Of a stretch of 64,000 bases of DNA, positions 1 to 10,663 are shown piece after piece (within the stretch, counting starts at the first letter, position 1; every line of letters starts with the position of its first letter). The notes beneath the pieces are model-generated. The model saw nothing but the letters and a program-made list of their open reading frames with translations, was not told the DNA's origin and did no database searches. The position numbers were made by a program, and so were the translations under genes. Origin of the DNA: Candidatus Marinacidobacterales bacterium (GTDB lineage Bacteria; Acidobacteriota; Vicinamibacteria; Marinacidobacterales; DATDRI01). The DNA is taken from assembly GCA_965219415.1 (NCBI GenBank), contig CBDCNP010000002.1, positions 2,720,001 through 2,784,000 on the forward strand, read 5' to 3'.

Positions 1-360
1 CGCAACCAGCCGGTTCTGATGCGCACCGTGGGACACCGTTCCCCACTGCTCGATGCCGGGGCGTCGGAGTCTCCGAAGGCACCGACCTACCAAGCTGAAA
101 GCGTCCTCCGCGAGCTCCTTCCCACTCTCATCTACTACAAGGAAAAGCTGGGGGGCGACTCCCTAGCCAAAGTCTATTACCGCTCCCTTCGTCTCGACCT
201 CGGTGACCTGACCGAATTGCTCGAGGATCAGTTCGAGGTGCCCGCCGAGCCGTTCGATCTCCACCGAGCGGTGACGGTTGGCAACCACCTGACGGTGGCC
301 GAGCCGTTGGCGACGGCTGCCGGTGCAGCGTCCGGCGCCGCGCGGGGAAAGGCGGCCTGA
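1..360 (+). CDS. PilM-like pilus assembly protein, C-terminal part (5' end lies outside the window)
   Basis: Frame is open from base 1. Ends in an A-A-G-A-A motif like PilM C-termini and sits directly upstream of PilN- and PilO-like genes. Confidence 0.6.
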   Translation, partial: RNQPVLMRTVGHRSPLLDAGASESPKAPTYQAESVLRELLPTLIYYKEKLGGDSLAKVYYRSLRLDLGDLTELLEDQFEVPAEPFDLHRAVTVGNHLTVAEPLATAAGAASGAARGKAA

Positions 361-362
361 CG

Positions 363-1073
363 ATGATGGACTCGCCTCTCAACTTCGCAAAGGTCGGCTT
401 TCGCAACGAGCGTCTCCCGCGGCTCCTTTTCGGGATCGCTGCAGTGAGTTTCATGGCGGCCACCCTGTGGCACGGTGTCGTCCTCACTCGCTACCTACTG
501 CGCGAGCGCGAAGATCTCGATCTCAAGGTTCAATCCTTGGAAGAGCAGCTCACCGGTTTGGACAACGACATTTCTCGCACCCGATCAGAGCTCCGCGCGC
601 AACGAAATGAGCTGATGACTCAACGCATCGAGTTTCTGGCCGACGTCTACCGCCAGAAAGGCTTTTCTTGGACCGAGCTGTTCAATCAGTTGGAGGAAAT
701 CCTTCCACGAAACGTCCTCATCACTTCCATCTCCCCGAGTGCAGCCAAAGGTGTGATCGAGGTGAAGTTGACGACGATCGGCCGTTCCCTAGAGGACATA
801 TTGGAGCTCGTCCGGAGCCTCGAGGAAAGTCGCTACTTCGGCACGGTCATGCCAGTCAATGAAGCGCAGCGGGAAGAGGGGAACGAGGTGGCGGCGACCG
901 TCACTCTGCGCTATCTTGCTGAAGAAGACGCGCCCCCTAAAAACGAAGAATCTGCTGCGCCTGCGGAACCTGCTGAAAATGTAGAGCCGGCGGAAGTCGA
1001 AGAGCCTGACGATGGGGACATCGAAAAAGTTGCCCCGCAGGGTTCTGCGAGCGAAGCGATGGAGGAACGGTGA
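363..1073 (+). CDS. PilN-like pilus assembly protein
   Basis: N-terminal TM segment, coiled coil, 'WTELFNQLEEILPRNVLITSISP' PilN-type segment; operon position. Confidence 0.75.
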   Translation: MMDSPLNFAKVGFRNERLPRLLFGIAAVSFMAATLWHGVVLTRYLLREREDLDLKVQSLEEQLTGLDNDISRTRSELRAQRNELMTQRIEFLADVYRQKGFSWTELFNQLEEILPRNVLITSISPSAAKGVIEVKLTTIGRSLEDILELVRSLEESRYFGTVMPVNEAQREEGNEVAATVTLRYLAEEDAPPKNEESAAPAEPAENVEPAEVEEPDDGDIEKVAPQGSASEAMEER

Positions 1074-1660
1074 CGGAGACGAACGCAGGATTGGATCTCC
1101 GCCCGTTCTGGCAGAAACGACGGTTCTATTTGTCGCTGGTAGGCTTGGTCATCGCCAACCTGGTGGTCTACGGGGTGGTGACTTACCGACTGGCGACCAA
1201 GCAGGAGCGTCTGGCCAAAGAGGAAGCATCGCTTGCCGAGGAGACCGCGTCTCGCCAGAAAACGCTCGACGGCCTTCGAACCCACCAGGAGCGCATTGTC
1301 AGAAACGATGCGGTCGCCGAAAAATTTTGGTCCGAAGTCGTGAAGCCGCGCACCCCAGGGCTGACCGAGGCGGTGGCGGAGATCGATCGCTTGGCAAAGC
1401 AGACCGGCGTGGAGCGCGGTCGAACCTCTTACTCCCAGGATGAGCTCCCGGTTGAACTGAGCGAAGTGAACGTCCGAATGCCGCTCGAGGGAACCTACTT
1501 CGATCTACTGCGCTTCATCAATCTCATGGAGCGTTCGGGGCGGTTCTTCTTGGTGCGCGAAATCGCGCTGAGGGACGGTGCTGAGGGACAACTGGCACTT
1601 CGCTGCGACGTGGCCTTCTTCTTGAGGCCCAGCGAAGCACTGGCGCCCACGGAACAATGA
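1070..1660 (+). CDS. pilO: PilO-like pilus assembly protein
   Basis: TM segment, coiled coil and 'LEGTYFDLLRFINLMERSGR' PilO/GspM-type motif; GTGA overlap with the upstream gene. Confidence 0.75.
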   Translation: MTETNAGLDLRPFWQKRRFYLSLVGLVIANLVVYGVVTYRLATKQERLAKEEASLAEETASRQKTLDGLRTHQERIVRNDAVAEKFWSEVVKPRTPGLTEAVAEIDRLAKQTGVERGRTSYSQDELPVELSEVNVRMPLEGTYFDLLRFINLMERSGRFFLVREIALRDGAEGQLALRCDVAFFLRPSEALAPTEQ

Positions 1661-2121
1661 GAACCGATCAGGGCTTTACGTACTTGGAGTTGGTGACCGC
1701 TACGTTCATCTTGGCGATACTCGCTGCGGCGGTAATACCGGTCGCCGAGGTCACCGCCAAGCGGGCCAAGGAGGTCGAGCTGAGACGCAACCTGCGCGTC
1801 ATGCGGGACGCCATCGACAATTTCAAACAGGCGGTCGATCTCGGTCTCATCGGTGGAAGCGACGTCGAGCTGGGAAGCGAGGGCTATCCCAAGGAGTTGG
1901 AGATCTTGGTCGACGGAGTATCTCAGGTCGGAGCGATCGATAAGAAACTGAAGTTCCTCAGGCGCATCCCCATCGATCCCATGACGCACTCCTCGGAATG
2001 GGGACTCCGCGCCTATCAGGATGAGCCCGACTCCACGATCTGGGGTGGCCAGAACGCCTACGATGTATTTACGACCAGCTCAGGAACGGCACTCGACGGG
2101 ACGAAATATCGTGACTGGTAG
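1657..2121 (+). CDS. GspG-like (pseudo)pilin
   Basis: Class III signal G|FTYLEL followed by 'LRRIPIDP'. Confidence 0.85.
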   Translation: MRTDQGFTYLELVTATFILAILAAAVIPVAEVTAKRAKEVELRRNLRVMRDAIDNFKQAVDLGLIGGSDVELGSEGYPKELEILVDGVSQVGAIDKKLKFLRRIPIDPMTHSSEWGLRAYQDEPDSTIWGGQNAYDVFTTSSGTALDGTKYRDW

Positions 2122-2500
2122 GAACCGCGGTTTCACCTTTATCGAGCTAGTGATGGTCATCACGCTCTTGGGCATCCTGATATCGATCGCGATACCGGTT
2201 TATCGGGCGCAGATCCTTGCTAGCAAAGAGTCGGTGTTGGAACACAACCTGGCCACCGTCCGTGAACGAATCGACCAATACAAAGCGGACCGGAATGATT
2301 ATCCATCCTCTCTCGACGCATTGGTCGACGCCAAATATTTGCGGGAGCTTCCGCTCGATCCGATCACCGAGACCAACCAGTGGGAAGAGATCTTCGCGGA
2401 GTACGATCCGGAACAACCGGACCAAGAACCCGGTGTGTATGACGTGCGGAGTTTCTCGAGCCGGTTGGGCTCGGACGGCCGTCCATACAACGAGTGGTAG
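2111..2500 (+). CDS. GspG-like (pseudo)pilin
   Basis: GTG start at 2111; G|FTFIEL prepilin motif; '[18 protein letters not shown]'. Confidence 0.85.
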   Translation: MTGRNRGFTFIELVMVITLLGILISIAIPVYRAQILASKESVLEHNLATVRERIDQYKADRNDYPSSLDALVDAKYLRELPLDPITETNQWEEIFAEYDPEQPDQEPGVYDVRSFSSRLGSDGRPYNEW

Positions 2501-2507
2501 ATTGAGC

Positions 2508-2891
2508 GTGCGAACACTAAGAGCAAGAAACGAGCTCGGGCGAGTGGCCTTCTCGGTCGCCGTGTTGGGCCTAGTTGCCGTATGCGGTCAAGCCCCGGAA
2601 ACGGAGCAGACGGATTCTCCGCGCAACAACTCGCGCCGCTCCCGAAAAGCCAAGGCTCCCGACGTCAAGGAGTCGGTGGATCTTGCCGGACTCTTGACCG
2701 AGATCCCGGAGTATGCCGGGAACCATAGAGACCTCTCACTGGCTCTCGCTGCCTATAACGCCGGTCCGACCGCGGTCTCCCGCCATGGTGGCATCCCTCC
2801 ATATAAAGAGACGAAAAACTACGTCCGCCGGGTTTTGGCTCTCTACCGTGAGGCGGGCGGGAACCCCGGCGAAGCCGCGAGCGAACGATGA
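2508..2891 (+). CDS. Apparent chimera: membrane-anchored PilP-like N-terminus joined to the C-terminal fragment of an SLT lytic transglycosylase
   Basis: Hydrophobic N-terminus, then 'ALAAYNAG...[13 protein letters not shown]' (SLT C-terminal motifs). The catalytic ES and GLMQ motifs are absent. Confidence 0.55.
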   Translation: MRTLRARNELGRVAFSVAVLGLVAVCGQAPETEQTDSPRNNSRRSRKAKAPDVKESVDLAGLLTEIPEYAGNHRDLSLALAAYNAGPTAVSRHGGIPPYKETKNYVRRVLALYREAGGNPGEAASER

Positions 2892-3637
2892 CTATCTCTT
2901 TCCGATCGGACGCTAGAGAGCGTGGCTACGTCTTGCTGGGCATCGCCATCGGGCTCGTCATCATGGGAATCTTCATGGCCGCCGCGGTGCCCGTCTGGGA
3001 GCACGTGAACCAGCGAGGCCGAGAAGACGAGCTTCTCTGGCGAGGCAAGCAATACGTCCGAGCCATCGAGCGATACCAACGAAAGTATCCAGGAGCTTTC
3101 CCTTCCAAGGTGGAGGATCTAGTAAAGGACAAGTTCCTCCGCAAGGCTTACGAAGATCCGATGAGCGAAGACGGCGAATGGAAAATCCTTCGACAGAACT
3201 CTCCCGAGGTAAGGGGAGTTACCGGAGTCGGCGGCGAGCCGCGACAAAGGCAGCGGGGGCAGCAGGGGCAGCAGGGACTCCAGTCTCAAGAACGCTCCCG
3301 GAGCCTCGGCCAGACGAGCGGTCTCGGTCGGCGAAGCATGACCGGGCAAGCTCTCGGCGGAATCATAGGGGTCTCGAGCAAGAGCGAGGACGAAGCCATT
3401 CGGAAACCCGGAAAAAAGGAAGAGCTATTCTTGCGGACGGTGGGCTCGGGAGAAAAATACAACGAGTGGTTGTTCATCTACGTTGCGGCGAGAAACCTTC
3501 AACAACAAAACCCTGGGGGATCGAGGCAGCCGGGCCGAACCGGCCAGCAGCGGGGACAACCTGGGCAGCAGGGGCAGGGCGGGTTTCAAAATCCGGGCAC
3601 GAGCAACCCCCGTTCTCCTGCCCCGCGGCAACCTTAA
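2888..3637 (+). CDS. Minor pseudopilin / T2SS-like protein with Q/G-rich segments
   Basis: RG|YVLL prepilin-like start; 'REDELLWRG', '[10 protein letters not shown]'. Confidence 0.75.
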   Translation: MTISFRSDARERGYVLLGIAIGLVIMGIFMAAAVPVWEHVNQRGREDELLWRGKQYVRAIERYQRKYPGAFPSKVEDLVKDKFLRKAYEDPMSEDGEWKILRQNSPEVRGVTGVGGEPRQRQRGQQGQQGLQSQERSRSLGQTSGLGRRSMTGQALGGIIGVSSKSEDEAIRKPGKKEELFLRTVGSGEKYNEWLFIYVAARNLQQQNPGGSRQPGRTGQQRGQPGQQGQGGFQNPGTSNPRSPAPRQP

Positions 3638-3652
3638 AGGCAGGACTGCCCG

Positions 3653-4759
3653 GTGCGGATCGGCATCGACGCCCACCACCTCAACGGCAAGCCGCAGGGA
3701 AGCCGCACCTACCTTCTGAGCCTCATTCGAGAGCTCGCGCGGATCAAAACGGGCGAAGAATTCCTGGTCTACAGCTTTGCCCCCGAAGAAACCCGGCAGC
3801 TCCTGGACGCACCCGGTGTAACGCACCGCCGCGTCTTCCCTACCTCGGCTCGGCTTCGTCTTCCCGTCGTAGTCCCGGCACTAGAAATGCTCGACCGCGT
3901 GTCGCTCTTTCACTCCCAATACATCTGCCCGCCCGTTTCCGCAATCCCCGAGGTGGTCACAATACACGACGTTTTGTTCGAAACTCATCCCGACCTCTTC
4001 GTCGGAGCCTTCTCGCGCGCGTCGATAGGCCTAATCCGGCACTCGGCTCGTCGAGCGAGGTGTGTGCTTACGGTGTCGGAGTTCTCGCGACGCGCCATCC
4101 TGGAACAATACGGACTTCCCGAAGAAAAAGTCGTCGCCATACCGAACGCTGTGGACCACGGTCGTTTCCGAGTCCTCGATGAAGATGAGACCCTTGCGCG
4201 GGTCAAGACGCGCTACGCATTGCAACGACCCTTCATACTCGACGTAGGGAGGATCGAGCCTCGCAAGAACCTCGTGCGTCTGATCCGTGCGTTCCGTCGG
4301 GTCCGAGAAAAAGTCGAGCCGTCCCTCGAATTGATTCTGATCGGGAGGAAGGACTTCCAGTTCGAAGCGATCGACGAGGAAATGAGAAAATCGGAGGACG
4401 CGGGCGTGCGGATTCTGAGCTCGGTTCCCGACGAAGACCTGCCCGCGTTCTACAATTTGGCCGAACTCTTCGCCTTCCCGTCCCTGGTCGAGGGGTTTGG
4501 GATCCCCATCCTCGAGTCGATGGCCTGCGGGACGCCAGTGGTCAGTTCGAGACGGGGAGCACTCCTCGAGGTGGGCGGCGATGCGGTGGCTTGGGTGGAG
4601 CCCGAGGACGAGGACTCGATCGCCTCGACCCTCGAAAACGTCTTGACCGACACCGACAAGGCCGCGCGCCTACGCAAACAAGGGTTGGAGCGCGCTAAGG
4701 AGTTCAGCTGGGAGGATACGGCCCAGAGAACCCTCGAGGTCTATCGAGCTTGCGTCTGA
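3653..4759 (+). CDS. Glycosyltransferase family 4
   Basis: 'RIGIDA' start, 'GRIEPRKN', 'FPSLVEGFGIPILESMACGTPV'. Confidence 0.92.
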   Translation: MRIGIDAHHLNGKPQGSRTYLLSLIRELARIKTGEEFLVYSFAPEETRQLLDAPGVTHRRVFPTSARLRLPVVVPALEMLDRVSLFHSQYICPPVSAIPEVVTIHDVLFETHPDLFVGAFSRASIGLIRHSARRARCVLTVSEFSRRAILEQYGLPEEKVVAIPNAVDHGRFRVLDEDETLARVKTRYALQRPFILDVGRIEPRKNLVRLIRAFRRVREKVEPSLELILIGRKDFQFEAIDEEMRKSEDAGVRILSSVPDEDLPAFYNLAELFAFPSLVEGFGIPILESMACGTPVVSSRRGALLEVGGDAVAWVEPEDEDSIASTLENVLTDTDKAARLRKQGLERAKEFSWEDTAQRTLEVYRACV

Positions 4760-4871
4760 TTCCAACCGCCCCTGAACCTACCGTCAACGCTGCACTTTGA
4801 CAGCCCTTTGACAGCAAAGTTCAGCGATGCTAGCTTGGTAAGAAGGCATAACTCCAGTGCAAAATCGAAAC

Positions 4872-5696
4872 ATGGTCTCGAGAAGCTGGCTGGTGGGTCT
4901 GTTGATGGTGGCCATGGCGATACTTGCCCCCTTTGCCGCCCCGAGCGCCCACTCACAGTCCACGTCGGTCTCCTACAACGGGGGGCTCATCACCATTCGC
5001 TGTAGCGACGCCACACTGGAGCAGGTCTTCGAGCAGATAAAGTCGGAGACCGGCTTGGAGCTATTCCTCGAAGATCCGGTCAAATCGAAGCGCCTTACCG
5101 CCGACATCGAAGCGCAGCCGGTCAATCAAGCCTTGGAGCGGTTGCTAGCCGGGGCGGGCGTCAACTACGCGATGATGTTCGACCGTGAAGATTGGCAGCG
5201 GGTCGACAAGATCTTCATAGGAGAAGGTGGCGGTGCGGTTGCTTCCAGCCAGCCCGCTCCCAATCGGAGAAACACGCGGCGGGCCCGGAGAAGGCCACAA
5301 CCGGTTGAGCCAAACGAGGAAATCTACGAGGACGACCCCGACGAGGACATAGAGGACCCCGCCGATTTCGACGATTTCGATGATACGGGCGACGCCGACG
5401 TAGAAGGCGACTTCCAGAACGAGGCGCCGCCGCCGGCAGCGAACCCGGGCTACCTACCACCTCCCCCGGCTTTTCCTCGCAGCTCCTTCACGCCAGGGCT
5501 AGAATCATCGCCGTTCGGCGCGCAGACCGGTGGCGACACGCAGCAAGAACAGCCGCAGTCTGGCTCGCCGCCGACCGCTAGGCCGGCACCACCCGCTTAC
5601 TACCCGTTTACCGATCAGTTCGGGCGTCCCATTCCCGTACCGACTGCTCCGAACGCCTCTCAGCAACAAGAAGACGAACCGCAGCAAGAAGAGTAG
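4872..5696 (+). CDS. Secreted hypothetical protein: secretin-N/STN-like domain plus acidic, Pro-rich tail
   Basis: Signal peptide; 'ITIRCSDATLEQVFEQI...LTADIEAQPVNQALERLL' resembles a secretin N-domain. Start could be 4857 instead. Confidence 0.55.
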   Translation: MVSRSWLVGLLMVAMAILAPFAAPSAHSQSTSVSYNGGLITIRCSDATLEQVFEQIKSETGLELFLEDPVKSKRLTADIEAQPVNQALERLLAGAGVNYAMMFDREDWQRVDKIFIGEGGGAVASSQPAPNRRNTRRARRRPQPVEPNEEIYEDDPDEDIEDPADFDDFDDTGDADVEGDFQNEAPPPAANPGYLPPPPAFPRSSFTPGLESSPFGAQTGGDTQQEQPQSGSPPTARPAPPAYYPFTDQFGRPIPVPTAPNASQQQEDEPQQEE

Positions 5697-5807
5697 TCAC
5701 TTCGTCTCTCCTTTCCTTTCTTAGATCGCCCGCTGGCACGAGCGCCCCCAGGGCTGTTAGATTGTTGGCGTTCTTGAATTGGGTTGAAATCGACTCGGTC
5801 GGAAACC

Positions 5808-7904
5808 ATGGCGAAGCGAAAGTCGAAATCGATCGACGAGTACCGGGAGAAACGTGACTTCCAGAGAACACCCGAGCCGCCTCCCGGCGAACCTACCTTA
5901 AGACCGGGCGCACCCGCCTTCGTTGTCCACCGACACGAGGCGCGGAGGCTCCATTACGACCTGCGACTCGAGATGGACGGTGTGCTCAAATCCTGGGCGG
6001 TGCCCCGCGGCTTTTCGTACGAACCTTCGGTCAAGCGACTAGCCGTGCGGACCGAAGATCACCCGCTCGAGTACGAACACTTCGAGGGAGTCATCCCCAA
6101 GGACGCATACGGCGCGGGAACGATGACGATCTGGGATCGCGGCCGTTATCTAATCCCGAAGGACAAAGATGGAAGCCAAGGCGTCCAAGACGGTAAGCTG
6201 GAGTTGACCCTTTACGGGAAAAACCTACGCGGAGAGTGGCATCTCGTCCGAACCAAGTCGGGCAAAGACGAGTGGCTCATCTTCAAGGCAAAGGACCGTT
6301 ACGCGAGGACGGAAGACGACCCCGCCCCATTTTTTGACCTGACTCGAGCCGCGGAGGCTCTTGCTCCCGAGTACGTCCAACCCATGAAGATTGGCGAGCC
6401 TTCCAAACCCTTCTCCGATCCTGGTTGGCTCTTCGAAATGAAGTTCCGAGGCCAGCGCGCCTTGCTCATGAAGCATGGGGATACGATTCAGATACTCACC
6501 CCCGATGGCGGCGATCTAGCCGGGAAGCTTCCCACGCTCGCAGAAGAAGCCACCCGGCTCCGGGCGGAAAACGCTTCCCTGGACGGGGTCCTAGTCTCCC
6601 TCGATCAAGCCCGCCGCCCCTCCAAAGAGATTCTGGAACGGAGCCTCAGCGACGAGGGAAAAGACACCGTATTCTTCTACGCGTTCGATCTGCTCCACTA
6701 CGATGATTGGAACGTCCAGGAGCTCCCTTTTCTGGAGAGAAAGAAGATCCTTGCCGCAGTGCTTCCTGCGCTTTCTGTTCTTCTCTACGTCGACCACGTC
6801 CAGGGTCGGGGTGAAGATCTAGTCGAGGTGACGTCGGGCGCCGGCCTCCCGGCGGTCGTGGCCAAGGAAGCGTCCGGAGCTTACGTCTCCGGACCCTCTC
6901 CGTCATGGCGGGAGATTCCCGCTCGCCCCACCACCAACGCAGGGAAGAGGGATCTCCTCGAAGCGCTCAAGGAACCGACGCCCCAAAAGACGCGACACAA
7001 GATCAAGTTCAGCAATTTGGAGAAGATCTACTGGCCCAAGGAAGGATTCACCAAGGGCGAGCTCATCAACTACTACGACAAGGTCGCCGATCTCATTGTC
7101 CCCTGTCTTCACGAACGGCCGGTTCACATGCTCCGCTACCCGGACGGCATCGAAGGCAAAGCCTTCTATCAGAAAGATGCCCCCGAGCACATCGCCGATT
7201 GGATCAATCTCGAGCCCATCGAGTCAGAGAGCAAGACCAAGCCCATCCGCTTCATTATTTGTAATGACCGGGACACGCTTCTCTACATGGTCAACTTGGG
7301 CAGCATCGATCTTCATCCCTGGCTCTCGCGGCGGGGTAGCCTGGATTCTCCTGATTGGGCCATTCTCGACCTCGACCCGGACGGCTCCCCGTTTTCCCAT
7401 GTGGTCCGCATCGCGCGCGCGATCGGGAAGGTGCTGCGGGGAATTGGATTGAGGCCTTATCTGAAGACTTCTGGGGCGACCGGCCTCCATGTCTACGTTC
7501 CCCTCCTACCCGGTTACAGCTACGACCATGCAGTCCAGTTCTGCGAAGGGATCGCGCGCCTGGTGGCCCAAGACCTGAACGACATTGCTACCGTGGAGAG
7601 AGTGGTGAATCGACGCGGCGGGAAGGTGTACATCGACTTTCTACAGAACCGTCGTGGGCAGACCGTGGTACCGCCTTATGTAGCTCGGCCAGTGCCGGGG
7701 GCCTCTGTTTCGACGCCGCTCGAGTGGGACGAGCTCGACTCCGAGCTGCACCCCTCGATGTTCACCATCGAAAATGTGCTGCCCCGCATTGCGCGGCTCG
7801 GGGATCTCTTTCGGGGAACGTTGACCGACAAGCAGGATCTGCTGCCCGCGATCGAATTGTTTCAGAAGAACTACATCAACAAGAAGACGCCCCACCGACG
7901 CTAA
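5808..7904 (+). CDS. ligD: LigD-type NHEJ protein: phosphoesterase + degenerate ligase + primase-polymerase
   Basis: PE motifs 'HEARRLHYDLRLE', 'KSWAVPRG'; POL motifs 'RYPDG', 'DLDP', 'KTSGATGLH', 'YIDFLQN'. Confidence 0.9.
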   Translation: MAKRKSKSIDEYREKRDFQRTPEPPPGEPTLRPGAPAFVVHRHEARRLHYDLRLEMDGVLKSWAVPRGFSYEPSVKRLAVRTEDHPLEYEHFEGVIPKDAYGAGTMTIWDRGRYLIPKDKDGSQGVQDGKLELTLYGKNLRGEWHLVRTKSGKDEWLIFKAKDRYARTEDDPAPFFDLTRAAEALAPEYVQPMKIGEPSKPFSDPGWLFEMKFRGQRALLMKHGDTIQILTPDGGDLAGKLPTLAEEATRLRAENASLDGVLVSLDQARRPSKEILERSLSDEGKDTVFFYAFDLLHYDDWNVQELPFLERKKILAAVLPALSVLLYVDHVQGRGEDLVEVTSGAGLPAVVAKEASGAYVSGPSPSWREIPARPTTNAGKRDLLEALKEPTPQKTRHKIKFSNLEKIYWPKEGFTKGELINYYDKVADLIVPCLHERPVHMLRYPDGIEGKAFYQKDAPEHIADWINLEPIESESKTKPIRFIICNDRDTLLYMVNLGSIDLHPWLSRRGSLDSPDWAILDLDPDGSPFSHVVRIARAIGKVLRGIGLRPYLKTSGATGLHVYVPLLPGYSYDHAVQFCEGIARLVAQDLNDIATVERVVNRRGGKVYIDFLQNRRGQTVVPPYVARPVPGASVSTPLEWDELDSELHPSMFTIENVLPRIARLGDLFRGTLTDKQDLLPAIELFQKNYINKKTPHRR

Positions 7905-7915
7905 TCAAAGCCGAA

Positions 7916-10599
7916 TCAGTTCGCCCCCGTAAGACGCTTCAACTCCTCGAACCAATTCAATGTGATGTGGATCTCGGTCGGGGACGGATCCTCGCCGGTG
8001 TCGATCATTATCAAGAATCGCTCTCCATCGGGTGAGATGTCGTAGCCGACGACTCCCTGTCCGACCGTCTCGATGCTCGTCAGATGTTGTCGCGGCATGT
8101 CGACCAAGGGCCGTGGGCTCTCGGCGAGAAGCTTCCCCCCATCGAGTCGGTAAGACACCACCATCAGTGTGTCTCCGAGAACGTAAAAGAGCTCGTTCGC
8201 GGTCGGCGACCACAGCGGATTGTTTCCCCCGTCTGGAGAAATCCTGACCCGGGCTCCTCCACCGAGTACCGGCTGCGCATACACTTCCGATCGCCCCGAG
8301 ACGGGCGAGTCGTATGCCAGCCATACGCCGTCCCGAGAAGAAAGACGGATTGCTATCGTCGAAGGGTGTCTTGATGGCGGGTATCGGGCTCGATGTCGTT
8401 CCCAGCTCGGCTAACCAGATGTCCTCGCCGGTCTCGACCGCGTAATCGATGAAGGCGAGCCATCTCCCGTCGCGCGAGAGCGCGGCCGCCCCTTCATCTT
8501 TGTCGCTACCGAGGATCGTTTCCTCGGTGCCGAAGACGTCGATGGGCTTCGAGACTACATCGAAGAGACCGCGGCGCGAGGAGCTGAAAATCAAGCGCGA
8601 GCCGTCCGGGCTCCAAAGCGGTGAGGACGCGTTCGACTCTCGGGTCAGCTTCTCCTGGGTGCCCCGCTCCAAATCGTAGATCCAAATGTCGAGGCTCCCC
8701 TCGTCGAGCCGGGCCACCGCCACACGCCGGCCCTCCGGAGAAATTCGAAATTCCCGGATCGCCGCCGAGTCGAACGGCAGCCGTTCGACCTTTCCATCCC
8801 GACCCAGCCAGGCCAGGGCGCTCCTCCGATAGTAGGCCCTTCCGGGAATCGTGACGAGGGCGCCTGCATCGGAGACCGCGTAATAACGTCCTACGGAGCC
8901 CGTCACTCCCGGAGTCTTCGTATTCTCGAGTACCGGAACCGCCGGACCCGTGACCTCTAGGCGGGAGAGATCGAAGGGTGCCACCTGGTAGATTCCGGAT
9001 GTGTAATAGACGATGTCGCCACTCGCCGCATAACGCGCCTGCGCCCCCTGGAACAAATGCCGCCAAGCGCCCGACTCGGTGTCGAGGGCCGCGATACGAG
9101 ACTTGCTGAGAGAGCCCTCGTTCGTCCAAATCGTGAAAAGGACGGTACGACCATCCGGCAGAAACTCGGGCCACCAGTGTCCGACCTCTTCCCTTTCGCC
9201 GTCGGGTGTCGTCACCTCGGTGGGTTCACCTCCTTCTGCCGGAACCTTGACCAAACCGGAAATCCAGTTCGGGGAGAACCAGATCGTGCCGTCCGGTGCC
9301 CACTCTCCACCGGGGCCGCCGATGTAGGCTTCACAGATTTCGATCGGTGCCCCACCCCGAACCGAAACCCTCTTGAGCTTGTCGCCTGCGAAAAAGCCCA
9401 CCCAGAGGCCGTCGGGCGAGAAGAAGGGAGACATAGCCCCTTCCGTTCCAGGGAGAGGCCGTGAGTCGAGCTCGCCGATCTCCCGCAAGTAGAGCCGACG
9501 CCCGGCATCGTTCTCGCCTAGGTAGACCACGGTATCGCCATCCGACGAGATGATGGGGTCCGAAAGCTCGAGCGGCGGGTCTTCCCGAGGCGGTGTGATG
9601 ACGAACCGCTGCGGCTGGCCCGTGACGGTGGACTCCGGGCTCCAAAAAGCAATGGTCAAACCCAAGCCGATAATGAGACCCACAAGCCCGCCCACGAGGA
9701 GCCCCCGCCGAGAGGATGGCGCCGGTTCGCCGGTCTCGGGTGGCATCGTGTCCTCCCCGAGCTCGATGCGGGCGTCAGCGATGTCATGAAGACGAAGGCC
9801 AGCATCTTTCGAAAGGCAGCGGCGGAGCACGTCCTGAACCCGCCAAGGCGTCGCGGCCGGCAAGGCATCCCACGGCGCCTCCTTGTGGATCACGTTTGCC
9901 AGGACGTCGGTGACCGAGTCACCGTCGAAGGCTTTCCGGCCCGCCAGGGCCTCGAACAACACGCATCCGAACGCCCAGATGTCGGTGCGCTTGTCGACGG
10001 TTTTTCCTCTCGCCTGCTCCGGGCTCATGTAGGACGCCGTGCCCATAATGACGCCGGCTCTCGTGGCATCTCGTGTCAACGTGGGCGAGTGGGAGAGGTC
10101 GGTCGCCGGATTGTCATCGGCAAAGGCCTTTGCGAGGCCGAGGTCGAGAACCTTGGTCTTCCCCTCCGGCGTGACTTTGATGTTCGCGGGTTTCAAGTCG
10201 CGATGGATGACACCGGCCGCGTGCGCGGCTTCGAGCGCTTCGGCGATTTGCTGAAACAGTGGAAGGGCCTCCTCGGAACGAATCGGCACGCGGGCGAAGC
10301 GATCGGCGAGGGTCTCTCCCGGGACGAGCTCCATCACGAGAAAGGTTGTCTTGTCCCACGTTCTCAAGGCCATAAAGCGTCGCGATGCCGGCATGGTTCA
10401 AAGAGGCGAGCACCCGCGCTTCTCTCTCGAAACGTGTAAGGCGCTCCTGGTCATGGCGGAATGCTTCGGGAAGCACCTTGACGGCCACCTCACGGCCGAG
10501 CTTCGCATCCTTCGCCCGATAGACCTCGCCCATCCCGCCCTTGCCGATGGGCTCGAGGATCTCGTAGTGGCCAAGTCGAGTGCCGGCACTAAGTGTCAT
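7916..10599 (-). CDS. Hanks-type Ser/Thr kinase with TM segment and TolB-like beta-propeller; frameshifts near 10357 and 8340
   Basis: GKGGMGEVY, VAVK, HRDLKPAN, YMSPEQ and repeated 'SPDG' blades, spread over three ORF pieces. Confidence 0.88.
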
Positions 10600-10663
10600 G
10601 GGGAACCTCTTCTGGCCTCGGCGGAAATCTCGCCCGGGCAAGATTTGTTGGGCGGCAAATCAC

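Noticed and set aside
10135-10150. Kinase DFG changed to DLG, suggesting a pseudokinase
   Set aside because: The catalytic Asp, Lys and HRD motif are intact; DLG occurs in active kinases and may be a single-base error.
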